From Pseudobacter ginsenosidimutans (GTDB lineage Bacteria; Bacteroidota; Bacteroidia; Chitinophagales; Chitinophagaceae), in contig NZ_CP042431.1 of assembly GCF_007970185.1 (NCBI RefSeq), forward strand, positions 6,429,342 through 6,493,341: a stretch of 64,000 nucleotides of DNA, given 5' to 3'. This document shows positions 1-9,534 of this stretch, in pieces. The notes under the pieces are model-generated. The model did not search any database. It saw only the letters and a program-made list of their open reading frames with translations, and was not told the DNA's origin. Position numbers and translations under genes: made by a program. Position 1 is the stretch's first letter, and each line of letters begins with the position of its first letter.

Positions 1-30
1 GCCGGCGATTCCTCTTCCCGCATCCTGCCT

Positions 31-843
31 GTGGAAGAGCGGGCGAACAGGGAATACCTGATCCGGTTTGCGGCCCCCTTTTCTTTTTTGCCGGATACAT
101 TGTTGGCAACTGTTCGCCGGGTAATAGCGGCCAACGGCCTGCCCTCCAGTTACCGCGTGGAAGTGATCCAATGTGATCCACCGGCTGAAGTGATCTACGG
201 ATTCCAGATATATAAAGACAGTGCACGGAATGTAATCCCTTGCCTGGGTCGCATACAGGAAAAAGCTTGCTACAATATACTGATCAGGTTTACTGAAACC
301 GAAACCGCCGGTATCGACCCATTTTCCAGTGGCCTGTTGTCGGGCAGCCTGGTGGCTATTCTGGCAGCCTTATTACTCAGCACACTGTATTTGAAAAGAA
401 GAAGAGCTGCTGACAAGGCAGGCAATATGCCAGCCCCTGGTTCCTCAACCGGGAAAACAATGGATGGTCAGGAGACACAGAACATTCAACCAGATCTGCC
501 GCAGGAAGAACTCAAAGAGGAATTGCCTGAGTCATCCGGTATTACTATTGGTAACCTGCTTTTTTTGCCGGATAGTCAACAACTGGTAGCTGGTTCTTCC
601 GTCATCACCCTCACAGCCAAAGAAGCCAAACTGTTGCATGTTTTTGCCCAAGCCCAACAGGAAGTGATAGACCGGGATCAGTTGATGAAAGAAGTGTGGG
701 AAGATGAAGGTGTCATCGTTGGCCGCAGCCTGGATATGTTCGTATCGAAATTGCGGAAAAAGTTGCAGGCAGATAGGCGCATTAGCATCCTGAATGTACA
801 TGGAAAAGGGTATAAACTGGTGATTGGTCAAGAGGCCTGCTGA
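31..843 (+). CDS. Membrane-anchored winged-helix transcriptional regulator with an OmpR/PhoB-type C-terminal DNA-binding domain (ToxR/CadC-like topology). Probably 5'-partial, because the frame is open to base 1.
   Basis: The C-terminal segment KEAKLLHVFAQ...GRSLDMFVSKLRKKL...GKGYKL matches the trans_reg_C winged helix. The predicted TM helix is LLSGSLVAILAALLLSTLYL. The ORF is given with a GTG start, and there is no upstream stop inside the window. Confidence 0.55.
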   Translation: MEERANREYLIRFAAPFSFLPDTLLATVRRVIAANGLPSSYRVEVIQCDPPAEVIYGFQIYKDSARNVIPCLGRIQEKACYNILIRFTETETAGIDPFSSGLLSGSLVAILAALLLSTLYLKRRRAADKAGNMPAPGSSTGKTMDGQETQNIQPDLPQEELKEELPESSGITIGNLLFLPDSQQLVAGSSVITLTAKEAKLLHVFAQAQQEVIDRDQLMKEVWEDEGVIVGRSLDMFVSKLRKKLQADRRISILNVHGKGYKLVIGQEAC

Positions 844-1127
844 ACTGTTTTCATAATTACCTTGTCGGAAAAACGAACAAGTGAAAGAAAATAGAACATA
901 ACAAGAACTGCTATGATAATGATCGACATTCTAAAAACAGGACATTCATGCGCCGGTATTTTCATAATAAAATTTCTGCGCCCCACCAGAGGAAGGAATT
1001 GATCTAAGTATTAAGAAAATAATTCTTTCTAAATGGGATTATTAAGTACCAGCAATGCTTTACAACTGCGCGAAAAATAGAATTTTGTGGATCAAGAACA
1101 GCCGATATGAATCGGGCTAAAACACAA

Positions 1128-1146
1128 AACCTGCGACTAGCGCGGG
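1128..1146 (-). terminator. Rho-independent terminator for the DEAD-box helicase gene.
   Basis: Hairpin cctgcgactagcgcggg. It is followed by a T-run when read on the minus strand. Confidence 0.45.
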
Positions 1147-1159
1147 CTAAAATGCTGAG

Positions 1160-1185
1160 CGAACCGGATTGGAAGTTTTTCGAAC
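1160..1185. repeat. att-like direct repeat R1, an imperfect copy of the tRNA-Arg 3' end.
   Basis: gaaccggattggaagtttttcgaacc. About 80 bp of the flanking sequence is also shared with R3. Confidence 0.5.
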
Positions 1186-1262
1186 CTTTTACAGGAAGAC
1201 TTGAGAAATCTTCCTGGCTTCAGTAAGGCCAATATTGAGGCTGATGTCCGCCAGCGTAATTT

Positions 1263-2405
1263 TTAAAAGCCCTGCAGATTAAGATCGTCACTTTCCCGAA
1301 TTTCTACTTTTTTTCCCATCTTTTTCTGGATAATGTCAAAATGATGCTGGTCATCAGGGCATATCAGCGAAACAGCCTTGCCCGAAATCCCCGCCCTGCC
1401 GGTACGGCCGATTCGATGAATATAATCTTTGGGAGAACGTGGCAGCTCGTAGTTAATGACTATAGGCAATTGCTGAATATCAATACCTCGCGAAGCAAGA
1501 TCAGACGCTACCAGTACCCGCAGCTTGCCTGCTTTAAAACGTTGCAGCGTTTCAAGGCGAGCAGTTTGACTCAAGTGGCCGTGCAAAGAAGCTGCCTGTA
1601 TTTTATTTTTGATAAGCTTGCCGGTAAGGTTATCTGCCGTTCTTACGGCAGAGGTAAATACCAGCACCTGCTGCATGCCTTCATTCTTGATCAGGTAACG
1701 TAAAAGCGGCCCTTTACGTGCTTCGGTTACATGATAGGCAAGCTGTTCAATCAGTTCTATACTCTGCTCTTCATCTACCACTTCAATCGTTACTGGCTGG
1801 CGTAACAGGTGACGCTGCATATCTTCAATATCTTCACTGGCAGTGGCAGAGAACAACAGGTTCTGGCGTTTGGCCGGTAGCAACTGAAACACATTATCCA
1901 TCTCCTCTTTAAAGCCCAGGTTCAGCATTTTATCGGCTTCATCCAGCACCAGTATATCTACTTGTGACAAGTGCACAGTTTTATGGTGTATCAGATCAAT
2001 CAATCGGCCCGGAGTAGCTATTAATATTTCAATGCCATGCAAGGCCATCATTTGTGGGTTGATGGAAACACCACCATACACCGCCATTGTTTTTATATCA
2101 TTTGGCAGGTAAGCGCAGAAGGTTTTACAAACATCATTTACTTGTATAGCCAGTTCCCGTGTGGGCACTATTACCAGTACCCGCACGTGTCTGTCTTTCT
2201 TTTCTACCCGGCGCCGGCACAATTCCAATATAGGCAATACGTAACCGGCAGTTTTGCCAGAGCCGGTTTTAGATATGCCGAGTATATCCTTTCCCTGTAA
2301 GATAGCAGGAATAGACTGCTGCTGCACAGGCGTAGGTTGTGTAAATGACTGCTCGCCTATTGCCTTTAATAACGGTGCGGATAAACCCAATTCGGAAAAT
2401 GCCAT
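1263..2405 (-). CDS. DEAD-box ATP-dependent RNA helicase (RhlE/DeaD-like).
   Basis: All the DEAD-box motifs are present: Q-motif, motif I GSGKTAGY, PTRELA, DEAD in LVLDEADKML, SAT, and HRIGRTGRAG. Confidence 0.9.
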   Translation of the reverse strand: MAFSELGLSAPLLKAIGEQSFTQPTPVQQQSIPAILQGKDILGISKTGSGKTAGYVLPILELCRRRVEKKDRHVRVLVIVPTRELAIQVNDVCKTFCAYLPNDIKTMAVYGGVSINPQMMALHGIEILIATPGRLIDLIHHKTVHLSQVDILVLDEADKMLNLGFKEEMDNVFQLLPAKRQNLLFSATASEDIEDMQRHLLRQPVTIEVVDEEQSIELIEQLAYHVTEARKGPLLRYLIKNEGMQQVLVFTSAVRTADNLTGKLIKNKIQAASLHGHLSQTARLETLQRFKAGKLRVLVASDLASRGIDIQQLPIVINYELPRSPKDYIHRIGRTGRAGISGKAVSLICPDDQHHFDIIQKKMGKKVEIRESDDLNLQGF

Positions 2406-2589
2406 CTTCTTTTTTGCGCAAAGCTATTGTAAATACTGCGTTTTATGGCTTGTAAAGTAAGTGGAGCAAAATCGGCTAATCGAACGGCGGACAATGACGG
2501 CCCCCAACTTCAGCTTCATCAATCCTGGTTGTTATCCCCGATCTTTAGGTTCGAAACCTGATTTTGAAGGTATATTTTAGAACACAAAA

Positions 2590-2626
2590 AAGCCTTCAAA
2601 TTCAATCGAATTTGAAGGCTTAATAT
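2590..2626 (-). terminator. Rho-independent terminator for the SWIM-domain gene.
   Basis: Perfect inverted repeat gccttcaaattc/gaatttgaaggc. It is followed by a T-run on the minus strand. Confidence 0.5.
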
Positions 2627-2632
2627 TTTTGA

Positions 2633-2660
2633 GTGAACCGGATTGGAAGTTTTTCGAACC
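2633..2660. repeat. att-like direct repeat R2, an imperfect copy of the tRNA-Arg 3' end.
   Basis: gtgaaccggattggaagtttttcgaacc. The first 15 nt are identical to the tRNA-Arg 3' end at 21249-21263. Confidence 0.5.
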
Positions 2661-2695
2661 GGCTCAGACAGGAACTAACAACATTATCTGGCGCT

Positions 2696-4444
2696 TCAAG
2701 CAGGTAATTTACACAGCTCCTCAATAAGTGCCTTACGTGCTTTGAATTGAGTAGAAAGACTGGACGAAATTTTCTTAACCTTTTCTTTTCCTTCCTTCCA
2801 CTGAAGTATTTTTTCCAAAATCCCTCTAACAAAGACATAGTGATTCCGGCCGGTATTTTCTTTCAAATATTGGGTAATAGCTTTATAATAAGCATCCACC
2901 AATTCAGATAGATAATTATTTGGCAGATATTGTGAAAAAGATTCCAGTAAATGTAACTGTGGATTCCTCTGAAGCAAGTTTACGAGCTGAGGCCAATATG
3001 ATTCTTCAATGAAAATAGCCGCAATGTTTTCTGCATTAAGTGATCTGTCCAGATGAGCAAAGTTCTTGTTTGATGTTTCAAGATCATCTATTAATTTGAA
3101 AACAATCGCCGGCCATTCATCCGGAAGGTAAGTGCCTTTTAGCACACGATAGTATTTCATATCATGGCCCTCATACAGATCCAGGGAAATTGCCCGAACC
3201 TGATCAACATCTCCCTGGAGTTGAGCTATTTTCAATTGAAGTTCTTTGAATTGGTCTATTGTTCCGGCCAGCTTCTTTTTCTTTGCTATAGATATCCCGT
3301 CAACACAGAGCTTTTTAGCCTGATCAAAATCCTTTAAAGTGATGCATTCTTCAATAAGGCTAATTCTTAATTCTGTGTATTCAAGATGATGAAGTCTCAG
3401 TTTGGTAGCATCTTCGTGCGCACCCAAATTTTGCAGTAATCTGATCTTGTGTTTAAGTAACCGAACCATATCAAATTCGACGGACCATTCTTTTGAAATT
3501 ATATTCAACCCAGATAAAAGTTTATCGACAAGAGCAAGTGCCTTATCCTGCTTGTATTTGTCATATGCAGCTTTTATCGCCAGCCCAAGCCACTCATCAT
3601 CAAAACCTGCAAAGTCGTATTTCTTTTCCTGGGCCGCTTTCAATGCTCCCTCAAATATGCGGTTTCTAAGATCGCCGGGAATGGGCAGATCAAGTAATCT
3701 ATTGAGTAAAGAAAAGCTTTCGCTAATACAGGTGCCAGCATATCCACTACTGTCGTCCATATTTTCAACCATGTCATGAACTTCTTCAATAACAGCAAAT
3801 GCGATGTCCGTGCTGATGGAAAAATGCCTCTGATTCAATGCCTCCTCTGCGTTTTGGACAAGTTGCATGGCGGGCTCCAAAGCTTCCCTGGCGTGGTAAT
3901 AATCAATAAAGCCACTCCGGTCTGCCGCAGCTCTTGCAGCATTTTTAAGTAACCTGGAATATGATTTTCCATTTTCCTCTCCAAAATATCCTGCGAAATG
4001 AGCGGAAAATAGATCTCTGAAGCCCTTATTTTTTTTTGCATATTTCTTTACAAAATCCTGAAGTTCCTTTATTGGGATTTGGTTTAATGCTTCATCAACA
4101 GAGGGTTTCTTTTTTTTCTTTATTTTGTCTTCTGTTGTCGCAGCTACTGGTCCGATATCCAGAAGCAAAATTACCTCCCTGATGTAAAACAATGCAGCGA
4201 TCAAATGTTTGCAAAATTCTACATCATGCGGGCAGTCACAGGAACAATCCACAATTTTCTTTTTTACCAATGACACAAAAACGTTGTAATCATCAGACCC
4301 GGCCACAATTCCTTCCCATTTTCCAGGATCAATTTCTTCCATTTCGATAATACAGCCATCCTCGTAATAGGCTTTGCCTTTCAGAATAAGCCTGCCATCT
4401 ATCTGTTTTTCAAAAGTTTCAATATTCATCTGGCTGAATTTCAT
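2696..4444 (-). CDS. SWIM zinc-finger domain protein of unknown function.
   Basis: The N-terminus carries a CxCxnCxH signature, DCSCDCPHDVEFCKH. No other motif was recognised. The gene is low-GC. Confidence 0.55.
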   Translation of the reverse strand: MKFSQMNIETFEKQIDGRLILKGKAYYEDGCIIEMEEIDPGKWEGIVAGSDDYNVFVSLVKKKIVDCSCDCPHDVEFCKHLIAALFYIREVILLLDIGPVAATTEDKIKKKKKPSVDEALNQIPIKELQDFVKKYAKKNKGFRDLFSAHFAGYFGEENGKSYSRLLKNAARAAADRSGFIDYYHAREALEPAMQLVQNAEEALNQRHFSISTDIAFAVIEEVHDMVENMDDSSGYAGTCISESFSLLNRLLDLPIPGDLRNRIFEGALKAAQEKKYDFAGFDDEWLGLAIKAAYDKYKQDKALALVDKLLSGLNIISKEWSVEFDMVRLLKHKIRLLQNLGAHEDATKLRLHHLEYTELRISLIEECITLKDFDQAKKLCVDGISIAKKKKLAGTIDQFKELQLKIAQLQGDVDQVRAISLDLYEGHDMKYYRVLKGTYLPDEWPAIVFKLIDDLETSNKNFAHLDRSLNAENIAAIFIEESYWPQLVNLLQRNPQLHLLESFSQYLPNNYLSELVDAYYKAITQYLKENTGRNHYVFVRGILEKILQWKEGKEKVKKISSSLSTQFKARKALIEELCKLPA

Positions 4445-4554
4445 AAATTATTTGAAGTGTCTCACAAGCACCGTTAGCTATTTTGTAGCAAAAAAACGTA
4501 ATTTTAGCTAAATTAGATACCTCGCTACCTGAATTAAAGCAAATCTTACTTATT

Positions 4555-6051
4555 ATGGCAGTTACTTCTTTAGGATTTCAATGGTTAAAAGAGCATTATT
4601 ATTTGGATCATCACATCCTGACTCATTGCTCTTATTTAGGTAGCCGTGGATCCATAGAAATGACTTCCAAAGGAAATATTGAACAAATATATGGCAGTGG
4701 ATACGCTACCAAAAACAACACTCCATTAGAACATCTTGAATTCGGAATCAAATACGATGATCTGAACCTTGATTTTCTGCAATCTGTTTTCCGCAAGATG
4801 CGAAAGGGGGAAGTGGAAGCATTTATCCGGCAATCTCCTTCCGGCAAGTACCACCGGAAGATTGGTTTTTTGTATGAACTGCTTACCGGAACTGATCTAA
4901 TGACTGAGCTACAGGTAAATGCCAATTACATAGACCTACTTGATGAGGAAAAATACATTACAGGGACTATGGTTAAGAATAGTAAATGGAGAATCAATAA
5001 CAATTTGTTAGGTGATCATCAGTTCTGTCCGATTGTTAGAAGAACACACCGATTGTCTGGTCTTTTGGAAATAAATATAGAGGATAGCATCGGAAAGATT
5101 CGCCGCGAATATCCGGAAGATATCTTCAGCCGAGTGATCAGGTACCTCTATAATAAAGAGACTAAGTCTTCCTATGAAATTGAAAAGGAGCAGCCGTCGC
5201 CAGACAGAATGGATAAATTCATCGCTTTATTGATGAAGGCTGGCAGCGAAGATCCGGCAACAATGTTGAGTAAGCAAGAGCTGATCGCCCTACAAAATGC
5301 AATTGTTGATCCTCGATACGCAGCAAAGGATTTCAGGGATTTTCAAAATTATGTCGGAGAGCTTTTGCCCAATTACCAGGAACTGATCCATTATATCTGC
5401 CCACCACCAACTTTAGTGAATTCCTTAATGGATGGGCTTCAGGAATGCTGGTTCAAAGCGAATACGGTTCCTGCCAGCCTCAAGGCAGCCATAATATCAT
5501 TCGGCTTTGTATTTATTCATCCGTTTGAAGACGGAAACGGCAGGCTTCACCGGTTTCTTATTCATGATATCCTTGTACAAGGAGGAATGGTTCCTAAAGG
5601 CCAGATAGTGCCCGTTTCTGCGCATATGCTCAGTAATCTCAAAGACTATGACTATGTACTGGAAAAATACTCAGATCCGTTAATGCTTCGTGCTAAATAT
5701 GAGAAAAACCAGGTTGGAGAAATCAGTATATCCAATCTTGAAAATGTTGAAGGATATTATCGCTACCCTGATTTGACAGATCAATGCGTTTACCTTCTGG
5801 AAACGATACATGCTACGATCAAGGAAGATATGCCTGCAGAATTTGCCTTTCTGCAACGGTATGACGAAGCCAAAAAGGCTTTGCAGAATATTGTTGATAT
5901 GCCTGACAAGGATATTAATCTGATGCTTATTTTTTTACATCAGAATAAAGGAGAATTTCCGAAGCGCAGAAGACTACAGTTTTCAAAATTAACTGATGAG
6001 GAAATTTTCCAGATGGCTAAGGTGTATAAGGAAATTTATGAACTGCCGTAA
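4555..6051 (+). CDS. Fic/Fido family protein (AMPylation-type motif).
   Basis: Canonical Fic motif HPFEDGNGRLHR inside FVFIHPFEDGNGRLHRFLIHDIL. Confidence 0.8.
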   Translation: MAVTSLGFQWLKEHYYLDHHILTHCSYLGSRGSIEMTSKGNIEQIYGSGYATKNNTPLEHLEFGIKYDDLNLDFLQSVFRKMRKGEVEAFIRQSPSGKYHRKIGFLYELLTGTDLMTELQVNANYIDLLDEEKYITGTMVKNSKWRINNNLLGDHQFCPIVRRTHRLSGLLEINIEDSIGKIRREYPEDIFSRVIRYLYNKETKSSYEIEKEQPSPDRMDKFIALLMKAGSEDPATMLSKQELIALQNAIVDPRYAAKDFRDFQNYVGELLPNYQELIHYICPPPTLVNSLMDGLQECWFKANTVPASLKAAIISFGFVFIHPFEDGNGRLHRFLIHDILVQGGMVPKGQIVPVSAHMLSNLKDYDYVLEKYSDPLMLRAKYEKNQVGEISISNLENVEGYYRYPDLTDQCVYLLETIHATIKEDMPAEFAFLQRYDEAKKALQNIVDMPDKDINLMLIFLHQNKGEFPKRRRLQFSKLTDEEIFQMAKVYKEIYELP

Positions 6052-6152
6052 TGATGCAAGCAACGGGATAGGATTCGAACCGCAATGCAATTGGAAGATA
6101 GGTAGATTCGGAAAGGAACGGTCTATATGACTGAAGCAGAAATACAAAACCC

Positions 6153-6170
6153 GCGACTAGCGCGGGTTTG
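6153..6170 (+). terminator. Rho-independent terminator for the Fic gene.
   Basis: Hairpin cccgcgactagcgcggg followed by tttg. Confidence 0.45.
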
Positions 6171-6179
6171 AAATCTTAA

Positions 6180-6207
6180 GTGAACCGGATTGGAAGTTTT
6201 TCGAACC
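6180..6207. repeat. att-like direct repeat R3. This is probably the distal junction of the integrase-bearing element.
   Basis: gtgaaccggattggaagtttttcgaacc. A second partial T-arm-like fragment, ggattcgaacc, lies at about 6069-6080. Confidence 0.55.
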
Positions 6208-6477
6208 TTTTAAGGAAGGAGTTATCTCAAATAAAACCATTAATCAGCTAACAATCAATAGTTTATGGGTTTTGGTAGTTATTAAGTAGAGGTGATTTTA
6301 AGTCGGTTTAGAAGCGACGCTCATAAACTTTAACTATAGTTGCCGCATTCAATTGTTACTAAGCTCTGGGTAATTATTCTTCACTAATATATTTAGGAAC
6401 GCTTTCCTAAAATTCTTATCTTCGGTATAGTCATAAGCAAGTCTTTGTGCATCATTGCATTTCGCTTGCTCTAGGCT

Positions 6478-7917
6478 TTGCAGCTAATCAAACATTTTAT
6501 TATGTCAAAGATTGTAAGTGACTCCCATGTTACGGGAATGAAAGGCACTAACCTGTTTGAGCGGTACTGTTTACATCATCAACCTGTGATTATTTTTAAA
6601 GAAACTCTAAAAAGTGACTTCGGAATTGACGCTGATTTGGAGATGATGGAGAAAAATGAAAACGGTAAAACTACACCTACAGGTGAGATTATTAAAGTAC
6701 AGGTTAAAACAGACGGGACAGGTGGTGTGGGCAAGTCCTATATCCGAAACTCCACACAAAATGGCTTCGACTTTTATGCTTCAAAGGAAGATCTTGACTA
6801 CTGGATAAAATATAAAACTCACGGGTATGAAGTGCTACTGGTTGTTGTCGATGCTGTCAATGAAAAAATATACTGCCGTAAAGTAATTGAAACCGATATT
6901 GGTACAGTTACTTTAGCTATTAAGAAGAAGAAAAGCTATCCAATTCAATTTGACAAGGAGGCTCATTTACTCGAGACGGGTAAAAGTGATTTCCGAGAAA
7001 GATTCTCGAATACCTTTCGCTCCAGGGTGAATTATAATGTTACTGAAACTATTGTTAGTAATCTGATGAAGTTTCAAAAACATCCGCGTTATATGTATGC
7101 TTACAAAAGCAAATACAAGGACAACAGGGCTGTCAGAAATCTAGTAACAAGCGAAGAATCGGAGCTAAGTTTTGGGGACTGTCCGTTTTACATTGCGTAT
7201 GGGAGTATTGTTTATACTTTCCATAGATTAGGCAAAGAATACGCCTTATTCAAATCAAAGGTGCTGATTGACGACAATCCTATCACCTACAACTATTCAG
7301 CAATCTTAGAAAGTGTAGTATTGCGAAGACACTATGTAGAGCTTTTGAATGAATATTTTAGGGACGATTTACGCAAAAAACGCTTGTTTTATAGCCGACA
7401 ATATAAACGCTTTTATTTTAGCTTTAATCCGGAAAAGGATGAAGCCCCACTCACTGTTAAAGCCAAAACAAAAATACGGGAAGCAGAAGTGGATAGAAAG
7501 GTGGTTACTTGGCATGAATACGGGCAGAGTTATAAATTTTATCGCCATCTGGCCTTTAGTCTACATTTCTTATTTATCGAAGATACTCTCTACGCTACCT
7601 TAGGCCACAAATATTTCTTCACAGAAGATGGTCGAAAGGCATTGCCGCCGTTGGAAATTACAAAGTTTACCAATTTTCTTACCGCTAGAGTGTACAATGA
7701 TGCGTATTATGGTTGGCTTCGTTTTTGGTGGATTTATCTATCAAAAGATAGTGAACAATGGGACGTTTTTGACTATAACGGTGTTACAATAAAACTTCAG
7801 TCCTTTTATGCGGAAGATGTACCATTCGGCATTCCCATGGAAAATAAAGTAGAAAAAGTTAAAGTAAAAAGCCGCAAGAAATCTACTTCATATTCAAATG
7901 AAAACACACTATTTTAA
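6478..7917 (+). CDS. Partner protein of a short-pAgo system. The proposed architecture is an N-terminal PD-(D/E)xK (DUF4365/DREN-like) nuclease plus a C-terminal APAZ domain. The start may instead be at 6502.
   Basis: It sits immediately upstream of a MID-PIWI gene with a 2-nt spacer, and its size (479 aa) is typical of effector-APAZ proteins. The N-terminus has D/E...K-type residues (GIDADLE, KVQVK). The domain assignment is an inference, not a demonstrated match. Confidence 0.5.
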   Translation: MQLIKHFIMSKIVSDSHVTGMKGTNLFERYCLHHQPVIIFKETLKSDFGIDADLEMMEKNENGKTTPTGEIIKVQVKTDGTGGVGKSYIRNSTQNGFDFYASKEDLDYWIKYKTHGYEVLLVVVDAVNEKIYCRKVIETDIGTVTLAIKKKKSYPIQFDKEAHLLETGKSDFRERFSNTFRSRVNYNVTETIVSNLMKFQKHPRYMYAYKSKYKDNRAVRNLVTSEESELSFGDCPFYIAYGSIVYTFHRLGKEYALFKSKVLIDDNPITYNYSAILESVVLRRHYVELLNEYFRDDLRKKRLFYSRQYKRFYFSFNPEKDEAPLTVKAKTKIREAEVDRKVVTWHEYGQSYKFYRHLAFSLHFLFIEDTLYATLGHKYFFTEDGRKALPPLEITKFTNFLTARVYNDAYYGWLRFWWIYLSKDSEQWDVFDYNGVTIKLQSFYAEDVPFGIPMENKVEKVKVKSRKKSTSYSNENTLF

Positions 7918-7919
7918 TT

Positions 7920-9521
7920 ATGAAAATAGAGCTGTTAAAAGAACCTCAACTGGAATTCGGTAATGACTTTATTTGCGATGATCCTAAAGTAGGTATCTCC
8001 TTAGGTGGTTTTTTCTCTCTGACAAATAATACTCATCGATCAGAAATCCACTATGGAATAATAGGTACGGAAGCTAACATTGCAGAGGCAATTGACTGGA
8101 TCGGTGCATTTGATGAATACATTGAGGCTAAGGGTAAGGAAGAAAAGGTCGATCAAATAGACGATGCTGTAATTGAGGATGGTGAAATCGTCGATATCAA
8201 TGATGACCAGTTGTCGTTATCCAGCCTCCTTTTTTTAAAGACCGAAGATGAAATTCAGGAAGGTGAAACTCAAAGGCTTAACAACACAAAGAAAGTTAAC
8301 AAAAAAAACAACCCTGATTTTATCGGCTTCAATCCTCATAGTAAGATCAGTTCATCCTTTATCAATGATGAATCTAACAATCGAGACATACCATTATCTA
8401 AGTTAATGAATATCCTGAGAGATAAGACGATTAATGCTTTCGATAAAGCAATCAGGGTATGCGACCTATACATACAAGCATATGATTTCATCCTTACCAA
8501 AAGTATATCAAAACCAGCTGTTTGTTTTATCGTAATTCCTTCTGAGGTATTTAAAAAACTTTCTTCTATCAGCTTTGGTGGAAAAGGTTATTTTAACCTT
8601 CGCCGACATTTGAAGGCACAACTGATTACGAGACCCCAGGCCATCCCGGTACAGATCATTTTGGAAGATACTATTACCCAGAAAAAAGGCTCGTTGCAAG
8701 ATTTATCCATGCAAGCCTGGAATTTTTGTGTCGCTACCTATTATAAAAGTGGATCTATACCATGGACGCTTTCGATGAATGATAAACATACCTGTTTTAT
8801 AGGTATTAGCTTTCATAAAGTACTAAATGGGGAGCAGAACGCGATTCGATCTAGCGTCGCCCAAGCCTTCAACTATGAAGGTAAAGGATTAATTTTTGTA
8901 GGAGAACATTTTGAATGGAATGAACACGAGATGGATACTCCTGCACCGCATCTTACCCATGACTATGCGTATAACCTTATCAAAAAAGTGATTAATGAGT
9001 ATAAAGTATTCAATAAGAACATGCCGCCTCTACGTGTCGTGATTCATAAGACAACTTCATATTGGGATGCAGCCGTTAACGCAGATTATGCGGAGGTGGA
9101 AGGGTTAAAAAGTGGCATTCGAAGTGAATTGGGGGAAGATGTAAAAATTGACTTAGTCACCATTCGTTCTACTGACATAAAGCTGCTTCGAGAAACCGGC
9201 CAGTACCCTGTCATGAGAGGCACACTACTGCATGTTGACGACGCCACCGGAATATTATATACGACCGGCTACATACCTTACTTTGAAACTTTTCCGAGTA
9301 TGGCAATACCAAGGCCACTTGAAATAAGTGTATATGAGCAAGAATCATCACTTAAGAAAATCTGCGAAGAGATACTAGCATTAACAAAATTAAACTTCAA
9401 TAATTGCAACTACTACGACAGTTTGCCGATTACTATTCGGTTTGCACAGAAGGTTGGGGAGATAACACAATACATTGAAAAAGATATTACCCCTCCCGAT
9501 AAATATTTTTTTTACATGTAG
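7920..9521 (+). CDS. Short prokaryotic Argonaute (MID-PIWI). The RNase-H catalytic tetrad is degenerate.
   Basis: PIWI-like C-terminal half: RVVIHK, LLHVDDATGILYTTGY, and the terminal LPITIRFAQKVGE (compare PxPxYYA..A.R). The first catalytic position is substituted (FIGISFHKV). The 533 aa length fits a short pAgo. Confidence 0.7.
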   Translation: MKIELLKEPQLEFGNDFICDDPKVGISLGGFFSLTNNTHRSEIHYGIIGTEANIAEAIDWIGAFDEYIEAKGKEEKVDQIDDAVIEDGEIVDINDDQLSLSSLLFLKTEDEIQEGETQRLNNTKKVNKKNNPDFIGFNPHSKISSSFINDESNNRDIPLSKLMNILRDKTINAFDKAIRVCDLYIQAYDFILTKSISKPAVCFIVIPSEVFKKLSSISFGGKGYFNLRRHLKAQLITRPQAIPVQIILEDTITQKKGSLQDLSMQAWNFCVATYYKSGSIPWTLSMNDKHTCFIGISFHKVLNGEQNAIRSSVAQAFNYEGKGLIFVGEHFEWNEHEMDTPAPHLTHDYAYNLIKKVINEYKVFNKNMPPLRVVIHKTTSYWDAAVNADYAEVEGLKSGIRSELGEDVKIDLVTIRSTDIKLLRETGQYPVMRGTLLHVDDATGILYTTGYIPYFETFPSMAIPRPLEISVYEQESSLKKICEEILALTKLNFNNCNYYDSLPITIRFAQKVGEITQYIEKDITPPDKYFFYM

Positions 9522-9534
9522 TAATTTCTTTGAA

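Noticed and set aside
532-831. 99 aa ORF antisense to the winged-helix regulator gene.
   Set aside because: It lies entirely inside a well-supported CDS on the other strand and has no motif. It is a typical spurious shadow ORF.
6069-6100. Possible additional tRNA gene, suggested by the ggattcgaacc T-arm-like string.
   Set aside because: Only a T-arm-like fragment is present. No acceptor, D or anticodon arms could be folded. It is probably a decayed att/tRNA remnant.
1160-6207. Three spaced 28-bp repeats considered as a possible CRISPR-like array.
   Set aside because: There are only three copies and they are kilobases apart. They match the 3' end of the neighbouring tRNA and sit next to terminators. 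They are att remnants, not CRISPR repeats.
7920-9521. Possibility that this is a long, catalytically active pAgo.
   Set aside because: The length (533 aa) and the absence of PAZ/N domains fit a short pAgo instead. The first catalytic Asp position is substituted by Ser in FIGISFHKV.
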